This document shows positions 46,394 through 55,291 of a stretch of 64,000 bases of DNA, in pieces; the first letter of the stretch is position 1, and every line of letters starts with the position of its first letter. The notes below the pieces were generated by a model. That model did no database searches. It had not been told where the DNA came from and worked only from the letters and a program-made list of their open reading frames with translations. The DNA is from Candidatus Nomurabacteria bacterium RIFCSPHIGHO2_02_40_30 (GTDB lineage: Bacteria > Patescibacteriota > Minisyncoccia > Phycocordibacterales > UBA9973): NCBI GenBank assembly GCA_001785445.1, contig MFTV01000010.1, positions 19,235-83,234 on the forward strand, in the 5' to 3' direction. Made by a program: the position numbers and the translations under genes.

Positions 46394-46440
46394 TGTGGAA
46401 TATAATGTATATTAAGTGGGAAAAAGTGGGAAATGTGTGG
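46394..46440 (+). promoter_or_regulatory. mraZ promoter with MraZ-type GTGGG direct-repeat operator
   Basis: -35 TTGGTG (about 46378), 17-nt spacer, -10 TATAAT (46401-46406). GTGGG / GTGGG / GTGTGG repeats at 46416, 46426 and 46435 have 10-bp periodicity, with an extra TGTGG at 46394. This lies 25-70 nt upstream of the mraZ ATG. Confidence 0.55.
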
Positions 46441-46462
46441 ATAATGATTTTTAAATAAAAAT

Positions 46463-46900
46463 ATGCTCATCGGTGAATACATACATACAATAGACGAGAA
46501 AAACAGAGTTTCCTTGCCGGTAAAGTTCAGGAAGGAAATGGGCAGAAAAATTATTATCACACCGGGGCTGGGGCAGTGTTTATTTATTTTTACAACTGCC
46601 GAGTGGGCAAAAGTAAGTAAAAAACTTTCCGACTCGGAGGCCGACCTTTCTTTCCTGAAAGCAGACCAGAGAAGTTTCAACAGATATATGTTTGGACGAG
46701 CGGCGGAAGTGGAAATTGATGCAATCGGCAGAATGCTGATACCGGAATTCCTGCAAGAGGGTATCAGACTTCGAGACAAAGCGGCAATTATCGGAGTCAA
46801 AGATAGGGTGGAGATTTGGAACGAAAAGGCATGGAGAGAGCAGAAAGAAAAAATCGGGAAAGAAGCGGAGCAATTGGCAGAGAAGTTAGGAAATGAATGA
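46463..46900 (+). CDS. mraZ: Transcriptional regulator MraZ
   Basis: Tandem MraZ/SpoVT-AbrB-like halves: MLIGEYIHTIDEKNRVSLPVKFRKEM... and ...EVEIDAIGRMLIPEFL. Confidence 0.85.
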   Translation: MLIGEYIHTIDEKNRVSLPVKFRKEMGRKIIITPGLGQCLFIFTTAEWAKVSKKLSDSEADLSFLKADQRSFNRYMFGRAAEVEIDAIGRMLIPEFLQEGIRLRDKAAIIGVKDRVEIWNEKAWREQKEKIGKEAEQLAEKLGNE

Positions 46901-47867
46901 TATGGAAAGCGTGCATAAGACAGTTCTTTTACAAGAGACAATAGATGGTTTGAATTTGAAAAATAATTCTGTAGTCGTGGATGCCACATTCGGTGGAGGC
47001 GGGCATAGCTTAGAAATTTTATTAAGAAACCCAAATACAAAAGTTATCGCCATTGATCAAGATAGTACCGTTTGGGAAAGGGTGAAAGAAAAATTTAAAG
47101 GATTAGAGAACAGAATTTCTTTTACCAATAAAAATTTCCGAGACATAGATAAACTGGAGAATATTGATCCCGTTAGAAGCCGCCCTCTCGAACACGAGAG
47201 TGCTACGATCACCTTGGGGCGACCTGCTTCTAACGGGATTGATGGAATTATTTTTGATTTAGGTTTAAGTTCCGACCAGCTAGAGAATTCCGGACGAGGA
47301 TTTTCTTTCATGAAAGATGAGCCCTTGCTCATGCAAATGAAAAGTTCAGCGAAAGAAAATCCTTCTCCAGAAGATGTTACAGCACTTGATGTGGTAAATA
47401 CATGGAGCGAGAAAAGTTTAGCCGATATTATTTATGGCTATGGAGAGGAAAAATTTAGCCGGAGAATAGCCAAGGGCATAGTGGAGACACGACAAAAGAA
47501 AAAGATTGAAACCACGACCGAACTAGTCGAAATCATCAGTCAGGCAGTTCCGGCAGCATATAGGAGAGCCAGATTACACTTTGCCACCAGAACCTTTCAG
47601 GCCATAAGAATAGCAGTAAATGACGAGCTGGGTAGCTTGGAACAAGGATTGAGTAAAGGATTTGACGCATTAAAAATAGGTGGACGAATAGCAACAATTT
47701 CTTTCCACAGCTTGGAAGACCGAATAGTAAAAAGATTTTATAAAAAAAAGGTTACGGAGGGAAAAGGAAAATTAGTAAATAAAAAGATAATTTTAGCAGA
47801 TAATAGTGAAATTAAAAATAATCCAAGAGCCAGAAGCGCAAAATTACGAATAATAGAAAAAATATAA
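46893..47867 (+). CDS. rsmH: 16S rRNA (cytosine1402-N4)-methyltransferase RsmH (MraW)
   Basis: HKTVLLQETIDGL...VVDATFGGGGHS (SAM-binding) ...FDLGLSSDQLE...ISFHSLEDRIVK is the RsmH signature. Confidence 0.9.
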   Translation: MNDMESVHKTVLLQETIDGLNLKNNSVVVDATFGGGGHSLEILLRNPNTKVIAIDQDSTVWERVKEKFKGLENRISFTNKNFRDIDKLENIDPVRSRPLEHESATITLGRPASNGIDGIIFDLGLSSDQLENSGRGFSFMKDEPLLMQMKSSAKENPSPEDVTALDVVNTWSEKSLADIIYGYGEEKFSRRIAKGIVETRQKKKIETTTELVEIISQAVPAAYRRARLHFATRTFQAIRIAVNDELGSLEQGLSKGFDALKIGGRIATISFHSLEDRIVKRFYKKKVTEGKGKLVNKKIILADNSEIKNNPRARSAKLRIIEKI

Positions 47868-47942
47868 AAAATATGAGTCCCGTTAGAAGTTCACTGGCGG
47901 GAGATAAAAAGAAAAATTATAAATTTTAAAACTTCTAACGGG

Positions 47943-48323
47943 ATGAGTGCGATAGCTTCAAAAATAAATATGCAAATCAGGAGTATCAATGTTATAAACA
48001 ACAATGTTGAAAAACTCTTTTTGCGTATCTTACTTTGGTCTTTCGCGACATTTCTTTTGTGGTATATTTTCCTTTTAGGCAGTATGGTTTTCAATATTGT
48101 AGAACGCCGAACCCTTGAAAAAGAAGCGTTGGTTTTATCTAATCAAGTTCATGAATTGGAGCTTAACTACCTATCAATGTCTAACAAGATTGATCTTACT
48201 TTTGCATATTCTGTGGGTTTTAAGGAGACGAATATCAAGTTTGCAACTCGTAAATTTTTAGGATTTAACCCTAGCAACGGGTCATCTGGTAATATTGATA
48301 GTATTTCTAAAAATGAAATTTAG
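47943..48323 (+). CDS. Putative cell-division protein FtsL-like (single TM plus coiled coil)
   Basis: 126 aa with one TM helix and a short heptad region. Sits between rsmH and ftsI, where ftsL normally lies. No sequence signature. Confidence 0.4.
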   Translation: MSAIASKINMQIRSINVINNNVEKLFLRILLWSFATFLLWYIFLLGSMVFNIVERRTLEKEALVLSNQVHELELNYLSMSNKIDLTFAYSVGFKETNIKFATRKFLGFNPSNGSSGNIDSISKNEI

Positions 48324-50028
48324 TTTTCTCTTTAGGTCCAGAGTCATTCTTTTTTGCTTGATTTTATTTTCTTTGGTTTTGATGTCCAAGCTGTTTTTGG
48401 TGCAAATAATGCATGGTGGAGCGTATGGAGAGGAAGCGAACCGTCAGTATGCCACACCGTCATCAAACATTTATGAACGCGGAACTATTTATTTTATGCG
48501 CAAAGACGGAGAACCAGTATCTGCGGCTACCCAGACGTCTGGATTTAAGCTAGCTATTGAGCCTACTAAAATTATCGACTTTGAAAATACTTACAAAAAG
48601 TTGTCAGACATAGTAGCTATAAGTCGTGATGATTTTCTAGCTAAAGCGCTGAAGAAAAACGACCCCTACGAAGAAGTCGCAAGCCATCTTTCCAAAGAGG
48701 AAGCCGACGCTGTATCGGCGTTAAAGCTTTCCGGAGTAAATATTTTTAAAGAAAAGTGGCGTTTTTATCCCGGAGTTTCTTTAGCTTCGCATACTCTTGG
48801 CTTTGTGGGGTATAAAGGCGACGAACTTGGCGGACGCTATGGCCTAGAGAGGCAGTATAACACAGAGCTGGCGCGCAATAACGGCAACCCATATATAAAT
48901 TTTTTCGCCGAAGTTTTTTCCAATATTAATAAAACTTTATTTCAAAACGGAGTGCGGGAAGGGGACGTAATAACAACCATCGAGCCTTCGGTTCAAGATT
49001 TTTTGGAAAAGAAATTAAGAGACGTCAAGGAAAAATATCAAGTTGACTCTATTGGAGGAATAATAATGAATCCAATGGACGGCTCTATTTACGCTCTTGG
49101 TGTCAAGCCTGACTTTGACCCGAATAATTTTTCCAAAGTTAAGTCAACCAATACATTTTCTAACCCGCTAGTGGAAAGTGTATTAGAATTCGGGTCTGTG
49201 GTCAAACCATTGGTTATGGCTGCGGCACTTGATGCCAAGGTTCTAACTCCGGAGACAACTTATACCGACAACGGGTCGGTAATAGTTGAAAATAAAGAAA
49301 TATTTAACTTTGATAAAAAGGCCCGAGGTCCGAATACCAGCATGCAGGAAGTTCTCAATCAGTCCTTAAATACCGGCATGGTTTTCGTAGAAAAGAAATT
49401 AGGTAAAGAGCTTTTGCGCGAATATCTTTTGTCCTACGGTATTAAAGATAAAACAGGAATTGACTTACCTAATGAGACTTCTGGACTTGTTTCCAATATA
49501 CTAAATAGCCCTCGTGAAATCGAGTACGCCAATGCGGCTTTCGGCCAGGGCATAGCCCTTACGCCGGTAGAATTAATTCGAGCATTGGCCACCCTAGCAA
49601 ATGGCGGGAATCTAGTTACTCCGCATGTTGTGAAAGAAATAAAATACAATGACGGCACTCGCAAAGAAAACAAGTATCCCACAATGCCTGCCAAGATTAC
49701 GAAAGCTACGAGTGAGGAGATAACCAGAATGCTGGTGACTGTAATGGACAAAGCTATAAAAAGCGGGCTAGGAAAATTAGAACATTTCAGTGTAGCTGTA
49801 AAGACGGGCACAGCTCAAGTTGCCGATAATACCACCGGAGGCTATTATACAGATAGGCACACGCACTCATTTGTTGGTTATTTTCCAGCATATGACCCGA
49901 AATTTATAGTATTTCTTTATGCAGTGAATCCTCGTGGGGTAGAATACGCTGCCACCACTTGGACGGATGCTTTTTTAGACATTACTAAATTTTTATTAAA
50001 TTATTACGAAATTCCACCGGACAGATAA
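48295..50028 (+). CDS. ftsI: Penicillin-binding protein 2/3-type transpeptidase (FtsI-like)
   Basis: N-terminal TM helix, PBP dimerisation domain, and transpeptidase motifs SVVKP (SxxK), SLN (SxN) and KTGTA (KTG). Confidence 0.85.
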   Translation: MIVFLKMKFSFLFRSRVILFCLILFSLVLMSKLFLVQIMHGGAYGEEANRQYATPSSNIYERGTIYFMRKDGEPVSAATQTSGFKLAIEPTKIIDFENTYKKLSDIVAISRDDFLAKALKKNDPYEEVASHLSKEEADAVSALKLSGVNIFKEKWRFYPGVSLASHTLGFVGYKGDELGGRYGLERQYNTELARNNGNPYINFFAEVFSNINKTLFQNGVREGDVITTIEPSVQDFLEKKLRDVKEKYQVDSIGGIIMNPMDGSIYALGVKPDFDPNNFSKVKSTNTFSNPLVESVLEFGSVVKPLVMAAALDAKVLTPETTYTDNGSVIVENKEIFNFDKKARGPNTSMQEVLNQSLNTGMVFVEKKLGKELLREYLLSYGIKDKTGIDLPNETSGLVSNILNSPREIEYANAAFGQGIALTPVELIRALATLANGGNLVTPHVVKEIKYNDGTRKENKYPTMPAKITKATSEEITRMLVTVMDKAIKSGLGKLEHFSVAVKTGTAQVADNTTGGYYTDRHTHSFVGYFPAYDPKFIVFLYAVNPRGVEYAATTWTDAFLDITKFLLNYYEIPPDR

Positions 50029-50075
50029 CCAGATAGAGCCTTAGACTCTATCTAAGAGTCTAAGGCTCTATCTGG
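50029..50075. repeat. 47-nt perfect palindrome (copy B) at the ftsI/murF junction
   Basis: ccagatagagccttagactct-atcta-agagtctaaggctctatctgg has 21-bp arms. Compared with copy A the arm substitution t>c is compensated by a>g, and the loop is reverse-complemented. Confidence 0.7.
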
Positions 50076-50082
50076 AAACACC

Positions 50083-51399
50083 ATGAAAACAATTTTGAAA
50101 AAAATAATAACTTACATTTTGCGGCTAGAGTCGGTTTTGGTACTTTTCAAATATAAACCAAAAATCATTGCTATTACCGGCTCGGTCGGCAAGACTTCCA
50201 CCAAAGATGCGGTGTATGCGGTCTTATCGGGAATTACATATGTTCGTAAAAGTGAAAAAAGCTACAACAGCGAAATAGGTTTGCCCCTTACTATCTTAGG
50301 TGTTCCAAATGGGTGGAATAATCCATTAATCTGGCTCAAAAATATATTTGCTGGTTTATGGCTTTTTATATATCCTCACAAATACCCCAAAATGCTTGTG
50401 CTGGAAGTAGGCGTCGGCAAAGAGGGGGATATGAAGAAAACCGCATCATGGCTTAAAACCGATGTAGTCATTATTACGGCCGTAGGTGAGACTCCGGTGC
50501 ATATTGAATTTTTTAATTCACGCAAAAACTTGATAGAGGAAAAAAGTCAACTCATAAAAACTTTAAAAAAGGACGGTCTTCTTGTATTGAATGCTGATGA
50601 CGAAGATGTGCTGCAAATGGGAACAAACAGCAAGCACCTTGTTAAAACTTATGGATTTAAAGAAGGTGCTAATATTTTGGGTTCCAGCGATAGTATTTTT
50701 TACGATGAACATGGAGTACCCAAGGGAGTAATTTTCAGAGTTGATGAAGAGGGCAGGAGTCTGCCCGTAACCATAGAAGGAGTTTTTGGAAGGAATCACG
50801 TTTATGCAACTTTGGGTGCTCTTGCTCTCTCTTCTGGTTTAAAATTTAATATGCTTGATGCTGTAAATGCGCTCAAAAATTACGATATTCCGCCCGGACG
50901 AATGCGGCTTTTAGAAGGCATCAATGATTCTCTTATAATTGACGATAGCTACAATTCTTCTCCGTTTGCTTGCGAGTCGGCGCTCCGAACCTTAGGCGAA
51001 GTAAAAAATTTGGGAAGAAAAATAGCTGTCTTGGGAGACATGCTGGAACTTGGCAAGCACACGCAGGAAGCTCATAAGAATATTGGTCGTATTGCCAAAG
51101 AATACACAGATGTTCTTATTGTTGTAGGTCCTAGAGCTCAAGATATAAAAGACGGAGCGTTAGAGGTTTACCCGTCTTCCGGCGGGCGAGGGATTAATCC
51201 TGCTAACATTTTTGAATTTTTAGATTCGTATCATGCAGCAGAATTTATAAAAACTTTTGTGCAAAAAGGAGACCTAGTACTAGTGAAAGGTTCCCAAGGT
51301 ATGCGCATGGAGCGGATAGTGGAAGCTATACTTTTAGACCAAATAAATAAAGAAAAACTACTCGTCCGCCAAGACAAAGAGTGGCTGGAGAAAAAGTAG
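50083..51399 (+). CDS. murF: UDP-MurNAc-pentapeptide synthetase MurF (Mur ligase)
   Basis: Mur ligase P-loop ITGSVGKTSTKD and the central/C-terminal Mur ligase domains. Its position after ftsI, with murE absent, favours MurF, but MurE cannot be excluded by eye. Confidence 0.7.
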   Translation: MKTILKKIITYILRLESVLVLFKYKPKIIAITGSVGKTSTKDAVYAVLSGITYVRKSEKSYNSEIGLPLTILGVPNGWNNPLIWLKNIFAGLWLFIYPHKYPKMLVLEVGVGKEGDMKKTASWLKTDVVIITAVGETPVHIEFFNSRKNLIEEKSQLIKTLKKDGLLVLNADDEDVLQMGTNSKHLVKTYGFKEGANILGSSDSIFYDEHGVPKGVIFRVDEEGRSLPVTIEGVFGRNHVYATLGALALSSGLKFNMLDAVNALKNYDIPPGRMRLLEGINDSLIIDDSYNSSPFACESALRTLGEVKNLGRKIAVLGDMLELGKHTQEAHKNIGRIAKEYTDVLIVVGPRAQDIKDGALEVYPSSGGRGINPANIFEFLDSYHAAEFIKTFVQKGDLVLVKGSQGMRMERIVEAILLDQINKEKLLVRQDKEWLEKK

Positions 51400-51402
51400 A
51401 AA

Positions 51403-51651
51403 TTATATTTCTCCGAAAATCTTGGCAACTAAGTTCTCGGTCTTTTTTATTAATTTAAACAAGTGAGGGTATTTGGCTGTGTGTTTTTCTAGCCATAAGC
51501 GAATTTTCGGGGAAGAGAAAGACAAAAGAACCAAGCCAATAAATAGAAAAATAATCCCCTGCAGAAAAGGCAGTGCCAGACCCAGCAGTCCGAATATTAT
51601 AAAAATAATTCCAAGAGTTAAAACTACTGCCCTTTTGATTTTCTTTTGCAT
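51403..51651 (-). CDS. DUF454/YbaN-like small inner-membrane protein
   Basis: GLLGLALPFLQGIIFLFIGLVLLSFSSPKIRLWLEKH matches the YbaN pattern (G.LG..LP.LP..PF.LL...F...S.R...WL). Confidence 0.5.
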   Translation of the reverse strand: MQKKIKRAVVLTLGIIFIIFGLLGLALPFLQGIIFLFIGLVLLSFSSPKIRLWLEKHTAKYPHLFKLIKKTENLVAKIFGEI

Positions 51652-51734
51652 GATGCTAATTATAGCAGAAATTTTTTGAAGGTACTGATTTTGTTGACAA
51701 ATTTTATATGTATGTAAATATGGTATTACTCACG

Positions 51735-51900
51735 GGCTGGGATAGTTAGGCAGAACCTCATAACCCTGTCTAAACTATGTGTCCCCGCGCCTTCACACGT
51801 GGTGTGAAGCCCAGTCTCGTGAGCGCTCTCATAATATTAAGAGCATCCCAGAAGGCTAGCGTCGAGAACTTTCTCCGCTAGTCTTTTATATTTTTATTTT
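51735..51900 (+). ncRNA. Candidate small structured RNA (about 150 nt) with its own promoter and intrinsic terminator; identity unknown
   Basis: Consensus -35 TTGACA at 51694-51699. GC-rich hairpins follow: cttcacac/gtgtgaag, and cacgggctggg paired with cccag..tcgtg. Terminal hairpin ggctagcg/cgctagtc (51854-51883) is followed by TTTTATATTTTTATTTT. No ORF with an RBS lies inside. Confidence 0.45.
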
Positions 51901-51943
51901 ACAATTTATTATTTTTTACAAAAGTGTTGTATTATTGAAAGAT

Positions 51944-52015
51944 GGCCCTATCGTCTAATAGTTAGGACAAGAGCTTCTCAAGCTTTAAATCTGGGTGCGA
52001 TCCCCAGTAGGGTCA
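51944..52015 (+). tRNA. tRNA-Glu (anticodon CTC)
   Basis: 72 nt. Acceptor stem GGCCCTA/TAGGGTC (one G-U pair). D-arm GTCT..AGGAC. Anticodon stem AGAGC/GCTTT with loop TTCTCAA (CTC at 34-36). T-arm CTGGG-TGCGATC-CCCAG. Discriminator A. No encoded CCA. Confidence 0.8.
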
Positions 52016-52020
52016 CAAAT

Positions 52021-53061
52021 TTATTCTTCAATTTTTGGCTTTTCGACTTCGAGAAGTGCGAGGTCAGGGGAGGAGCCGGCGATGCGGAGAACATCTTTGT
52101 CTATCTTTTTGAGTTCTTTGTTTGAAGCATTGTAATGGTTTACTACTGTGCCGAGGGCGTTGCCGAGTTTGTTGTGGTATTCATCGTAAGATTTTAAATG
52201 TTTTCCTAAGTCTTCCACCTTTTTAATTATTTCCTTGGCGGACTCTTCTATTTGAAGCGCTTTCAAGCCTTGGAGCACTGTCTGCAAATATGCGAGGAAG
52301 GAAGTAGGGGATGTAATTATGACTTTATACTTTCCGGCAGCACGCTGGATTAAATTTTCATTGTCGTCTCCTGCTCCAACTTTATTTGTAATTAAATCAT
52401 AATATATAGCTTCATGGGGGATGAACATAAAAGCGAAATCAGTGGTGCCTTTCGTGGGCTGGATGTATTTAGCAGTCTCGGTAATTCTATTTTTCAAATC
52501 ATTTACGAAAATTGTTTCCAATCTTTTTTTCTCCGTGGCGTCACGCTCCTCAACCATTTTATTATAATTCTCCAATGAGAATTTTGAATCTATTGGAATT
52601 ATTTTATCTTTTACGAATACTACAGCATCCACGATGGTTTTATCAGGGAATTCATATTGCATTTGGTAGCTTCCGGGAGGGAGAACATTTTTTAAAACTG
52701 TTTCCAAATAGTACTCTCCCAGTATTCCGCGCTGTTTAGGATTTTTTAAAATATTCTCCAAGCTCTGCAACTGGTCGGCGAAAGATATGACTTGCTTGTT
52801 CGTCTCGTCCAGCCTAGTGAGTCGCTCTGTAACATCGCGTATTATTTTATTCGATTCACTCGAATGAAACTTTAAGTTTTCACTAACCTGCTTATGGCTC
52901 TCTGCCATTTTATTATCTACGGTTCGCGAGAGTTCATTGATTTGGGTAAGTATAAGGTTGAGCCCAATATCATCTTTCTTTTCTTCCTTATCTTTATTCA
53001 AAAAAAGGTAAACAATAATACCTCCTACAATTATTCCCAAAACTATCCAAAGAATTTGCAT
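52021..53061 (-). CDS. rmuC: DNA recombination protein RmuC-family
   Basis: N-terminal TM helix, coiled coil, then the RmuC core (...QRGILGEYYLETVLKNVLPPG...FAFMFIPHEAIYYD...). Confidence 0.7.
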   Translation of the reverse strand: MQILWIVLGIIVGGIIVYLFLNKDKEEKKDDIGLNLILTQINELSRTVDNKMAESHKQVSENLKFHSSESNKIIRDVTERLTRLDETNKQVISFADQLQSLENILKNPKQRGILGEYYLETVLKNVLPPGSYQMQYEFPDKTIVDAVVFVKDKIIPIDSKFSLENYNKMVEERDATEKKRLETIFVNDLKNRITETAKYIQPTKGTTDFAFMFIPHEAIYYDLITNKVGAGDDNENLIQRAAGKYKVIITSPTSFLAYLQTVLQGLKALQIEESAKEIIKKVEDLGKHLKSYDEYHNKLGNALGTVVNHYNASNKELKKIDKDVLRIAGSSPDLALLEVEKPKIEE

Positions 53062-53150
53062 AACTATATTTTAACATTTTTTAAAATTCTTGTACAAAAG
53101 AAGAAACACCGATGAAACATGGTGTCTCCTCGGTGTTGTTGCTCGTGGTC

Positions 53151-53399
53151 TTACTCAACCACGAATATATGCGTTGACCAGTCCTTTTCTCTTATCTTGC
53201 ACTGTTTTTCCCCAGCCAACGCAGACAAGAGGTTTTTCAACTGGTCGAAGCTTAGCTTCGTAGGAACCTCAATTTCGTGGATAAACTTAATCATTTTTTC
53301 GTCGTACACATAAACCTTCCACGATTTGAGTTTAGTTTCTCGATCCTTGACCACAATCAGGTGTTGTCCTTTTTGCAAGGCAGGGTCCTCTCTTTCCAT
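53151..53399 (-). CDS. Small hypothetical protein (82 aa)
   Basis: Longest ORF in an otherwise empty gap. No clear Shine-Dalgarno sequence. Weak call. Confidence 0.3.
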   Translation of the reverse strand: MEREDPALQKGQHLIVVKDRETKLKSWKVYVYDEKMIKFIHEIEVPTKLSFDQLKNLLSALAGEKQCKIREKDWSTHIFVVE

Positions 53400-53455
53400 A
53401 GGAGCTTATTTCCGTACAGTATTATACATAAAAAACTAAATATTTCAAGGGGATG

Positions 53456-54193
53456 CTATTTCCCCAAATAATGCTTCAAAGTGTAGATCCAGTCTTCGTC
53501 AATGCCGTCCCCATTTAATTTCTGGGCTAAAAGCCATTCGAGGTAGCCTTTGTCTATTTGCATGACTTCTTCTATTCTCTTGCCATTGTATTTGCCGAAT
53601 TTGAAAGTGTGCAACAAGGATGGGTGTGAGGAAATTTCTATCATTTTTTCTATTACTGCATTTTCCTCCAAGCTCTCTTCTGCTAATTTTTTCTGCATTT
53701 TATTTTTGAGATATATAAAAAGTTTCTCCAACACTAAAACATCTCCCATGGCGTCATGCGCGGTGGCTTCCACCTCGAGGTCGAGCAGGTAGCGTAAGTA
53801 TTGCAGGTTGTATCTTTCTATTTTTTCTTCTTTGTCTAAATGTCTAGCTACTCGCAGAGTACAGATAAATTTCTTTGGCTCAATGCCTTCTTTCTTTATC
53901 ATTATTAAATCAAAAGGCGCATTGTGAGCCACAACAATAGAATCTTTGTCTTCGAAAAGTATTTTGATTTTTGGAAAGTCACTACTTTTTTGGAAAGATT
54001 CCTTTTCAGCAAGCATTTTGTTTGTTATGTGATGTACAGCTGAAGCTTCAGGAGGGATTTTAATCGGGGGCTTGTAGAGACCAGAAAAAGTTTCGCTGTT
54101 GTCTTTATCTGCAACTTTGTATGCAATTTGACACAAAAAATCTTTGTCTGTATTTCCAGTAGTCTCTGTGTCGAAAAATATTAACTTAGACAT
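53456..54193 (-). CDS. DEDDh 3'-5' exonuclease (DnaQ/epsilon-like) with a C-terminal extension
   Basis: Exo I IFFDTETTG, Exo II VAHNAPFDL, Exo III HDAMGDV. The C-terminal roughly 60 aa is FGKYNGKRIEEV..DKGYLEWL. Confidence 0.75.
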   Translation of the reverse strand: MSKLIFFDTETTGNTDKDFLCQIAYKVADKDNSETFSGLYKPPIKIPPEASAVHHITNKMLAEKESFQKSSDFPKIKILFEDKDSIVVAHNAPFDLIMIKKEGIEPKKFICTLRVARHLDKEEKIERYNLQYLRYLLDLEVEATAHDAMGDVLVLEKLFIYLKNKMQKKLAEESLEENAVIEKMIEISSHPSLLHTFKFGKYNGKRIEEVMQIDKGYLEWLLAQKLNGDGIDEDWIYTLKHYLGK

Positions 54194-54222
54194 TTCATTA
54201 TTTTATCATAATTTGGTACAAT

Positions 54223-54675
54223 ATGTGCATGTTACATGAACAAATAAAAAACAATATCAAAGAGGCGATGATGGCCAAAGATGCCGTGAAGCTCCGCACC
54301 TATAGAGGGATGGTGGCGGCATTTACCAATGAGTTGGTTGCAAAAAACAGAAAGCCGAGTGAAATACTGGAAGATGCTGACGTGCTTGTGGTGATAGCCC
54401 GTCTCGTTAAACAAAGAAAAGATTCTATAGAACAATATAAAAAGGGTAACAGAGATGATTTAGTAAAAGAAGAAGAAGCTGAGCTTGCCATCCTAGAAAC
54501 ATATTTACCAAAAATGATGGACAGGTCGGAAGTGGAAAAAATTGCTCAAGCCAAAAAAGATGAGCTCAACATTGATGCTACCAAGAAAGGCATGCTTATG
54601 TCGGCGCTGATGAAAGATTTGAGGGGTAAAGCTGATGGTAGCATAGTCAAAGAAGTCGTAGATTCTCTTTTTTAA
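54223..54675 (+). CDS. GatB/YqeY domain-containing protein
   Basis: LHEQIKNNIKEAMMAKD..KLRTYRGMVAAF...DADVLVVIARLVKQRKDSIEQYKKGNRDDLVKEEEAELAILETYLP...LMKDLRGKADGSIVKEVV matches the YqeY/GatB C-terminal-like fold. Confidence 0.8.
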   Translation: MCMLHEQIKNNIKEAMMAKDAVKLRTYRGMVAAFTNELVAKNRKPSEILEDADVLVVIARLVKQRKDSIEQYKKGNRDDLVKEEEAELAILETYLPKMMDRSEVEKIAQAKKDELNIDATKKGMLMSALMKDLRGKADGSIVKEVVDSLF

Positions 54676-54687
54676 TTCGACCTCTTT

Positions 54688-55290
54688 ATGTATACGATAA
54701 ATTTTCTGGCTAACCTAGTAGAGAATCATCAGATATTGGTGTATGCTTTGATTTTTCTCGGCATAATCATTGAGGGAGAATTTATTTTATTATGCACCGG
54801 TGTTCTTGTGCATCTCGGAGCTCTAAATTTTTATTTTGCCCTTCCATTTGTTTTTATGGCGGGGTTCTGTAAAACTTTCTTAGGCTACAGTATCGGGTCT
54901 TTGATGCAAGACAAATGGAATCATACAAAATTTTTCAAATATATTGAAAAACGAGTTTCCAATATAATGCCTCACTTCAAGCAAAAACCCTTTTGGTCAA
55001 TTTTTATTTCAAAATTTATAATGATAAATCATTTCGTTATTGTTTTTGCCGGTTATCAAAAGATAAATTTCAAGAAATATTTGAAAGCCGAACTTCTTTC
55101 TACTGTTATATGGGCTCCGGGGTTAATATTGTTGGGATACTTTTTTTCTTATACCGCCATCAGTGTTAGCCACGAGATTTGGAGATTTTTGATGATAGTG
55201 CTAGTTTTGATTATAGCTTTTGTTTTGTTTGATAAATTAGTTAGTCGAATTTACGAGATTTTTGAAGAATTTTATCACAACCACAGTTAA
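54688..55290 (+). CDS. DedA/SNARE-associated (VTT-domain) membrane protein
   Basis: About 5 TM helices, with an N-terminal ...IEGEFILLCTGVLVHLGALN region typical of the DedA family. Confidence 0.6.
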   Translation: MYTINFLANLVENHQILVYALIFLGIIIEGEFILLCTGVLVHLGALNFYFALPFVFMAGFCKTFLGYSIGSLMQDKWNHTKFFKYIEKRVSNIMPHFKQKPFWSIFISKFIMINHFVIVFAGYQKINFKKYLKAELLSTVIWAPGLILLGYFFSYTAISVSHEIWRFLMIVLVLIIAFVLFDKLVSRIYEIFEEFYHNHS

Positions 55291-55291
55291 T

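Noticed and set aside
46360-46444. Two perfect inverted DnaA boxes as a possible oriC
   Set aside because: No dnaA or dnaN nearby. One box is generated by the MraZ GTGG repeat array and the other belongs to a 47-nt dispersed repeat. Retained only as a regulatory or repeat observation.
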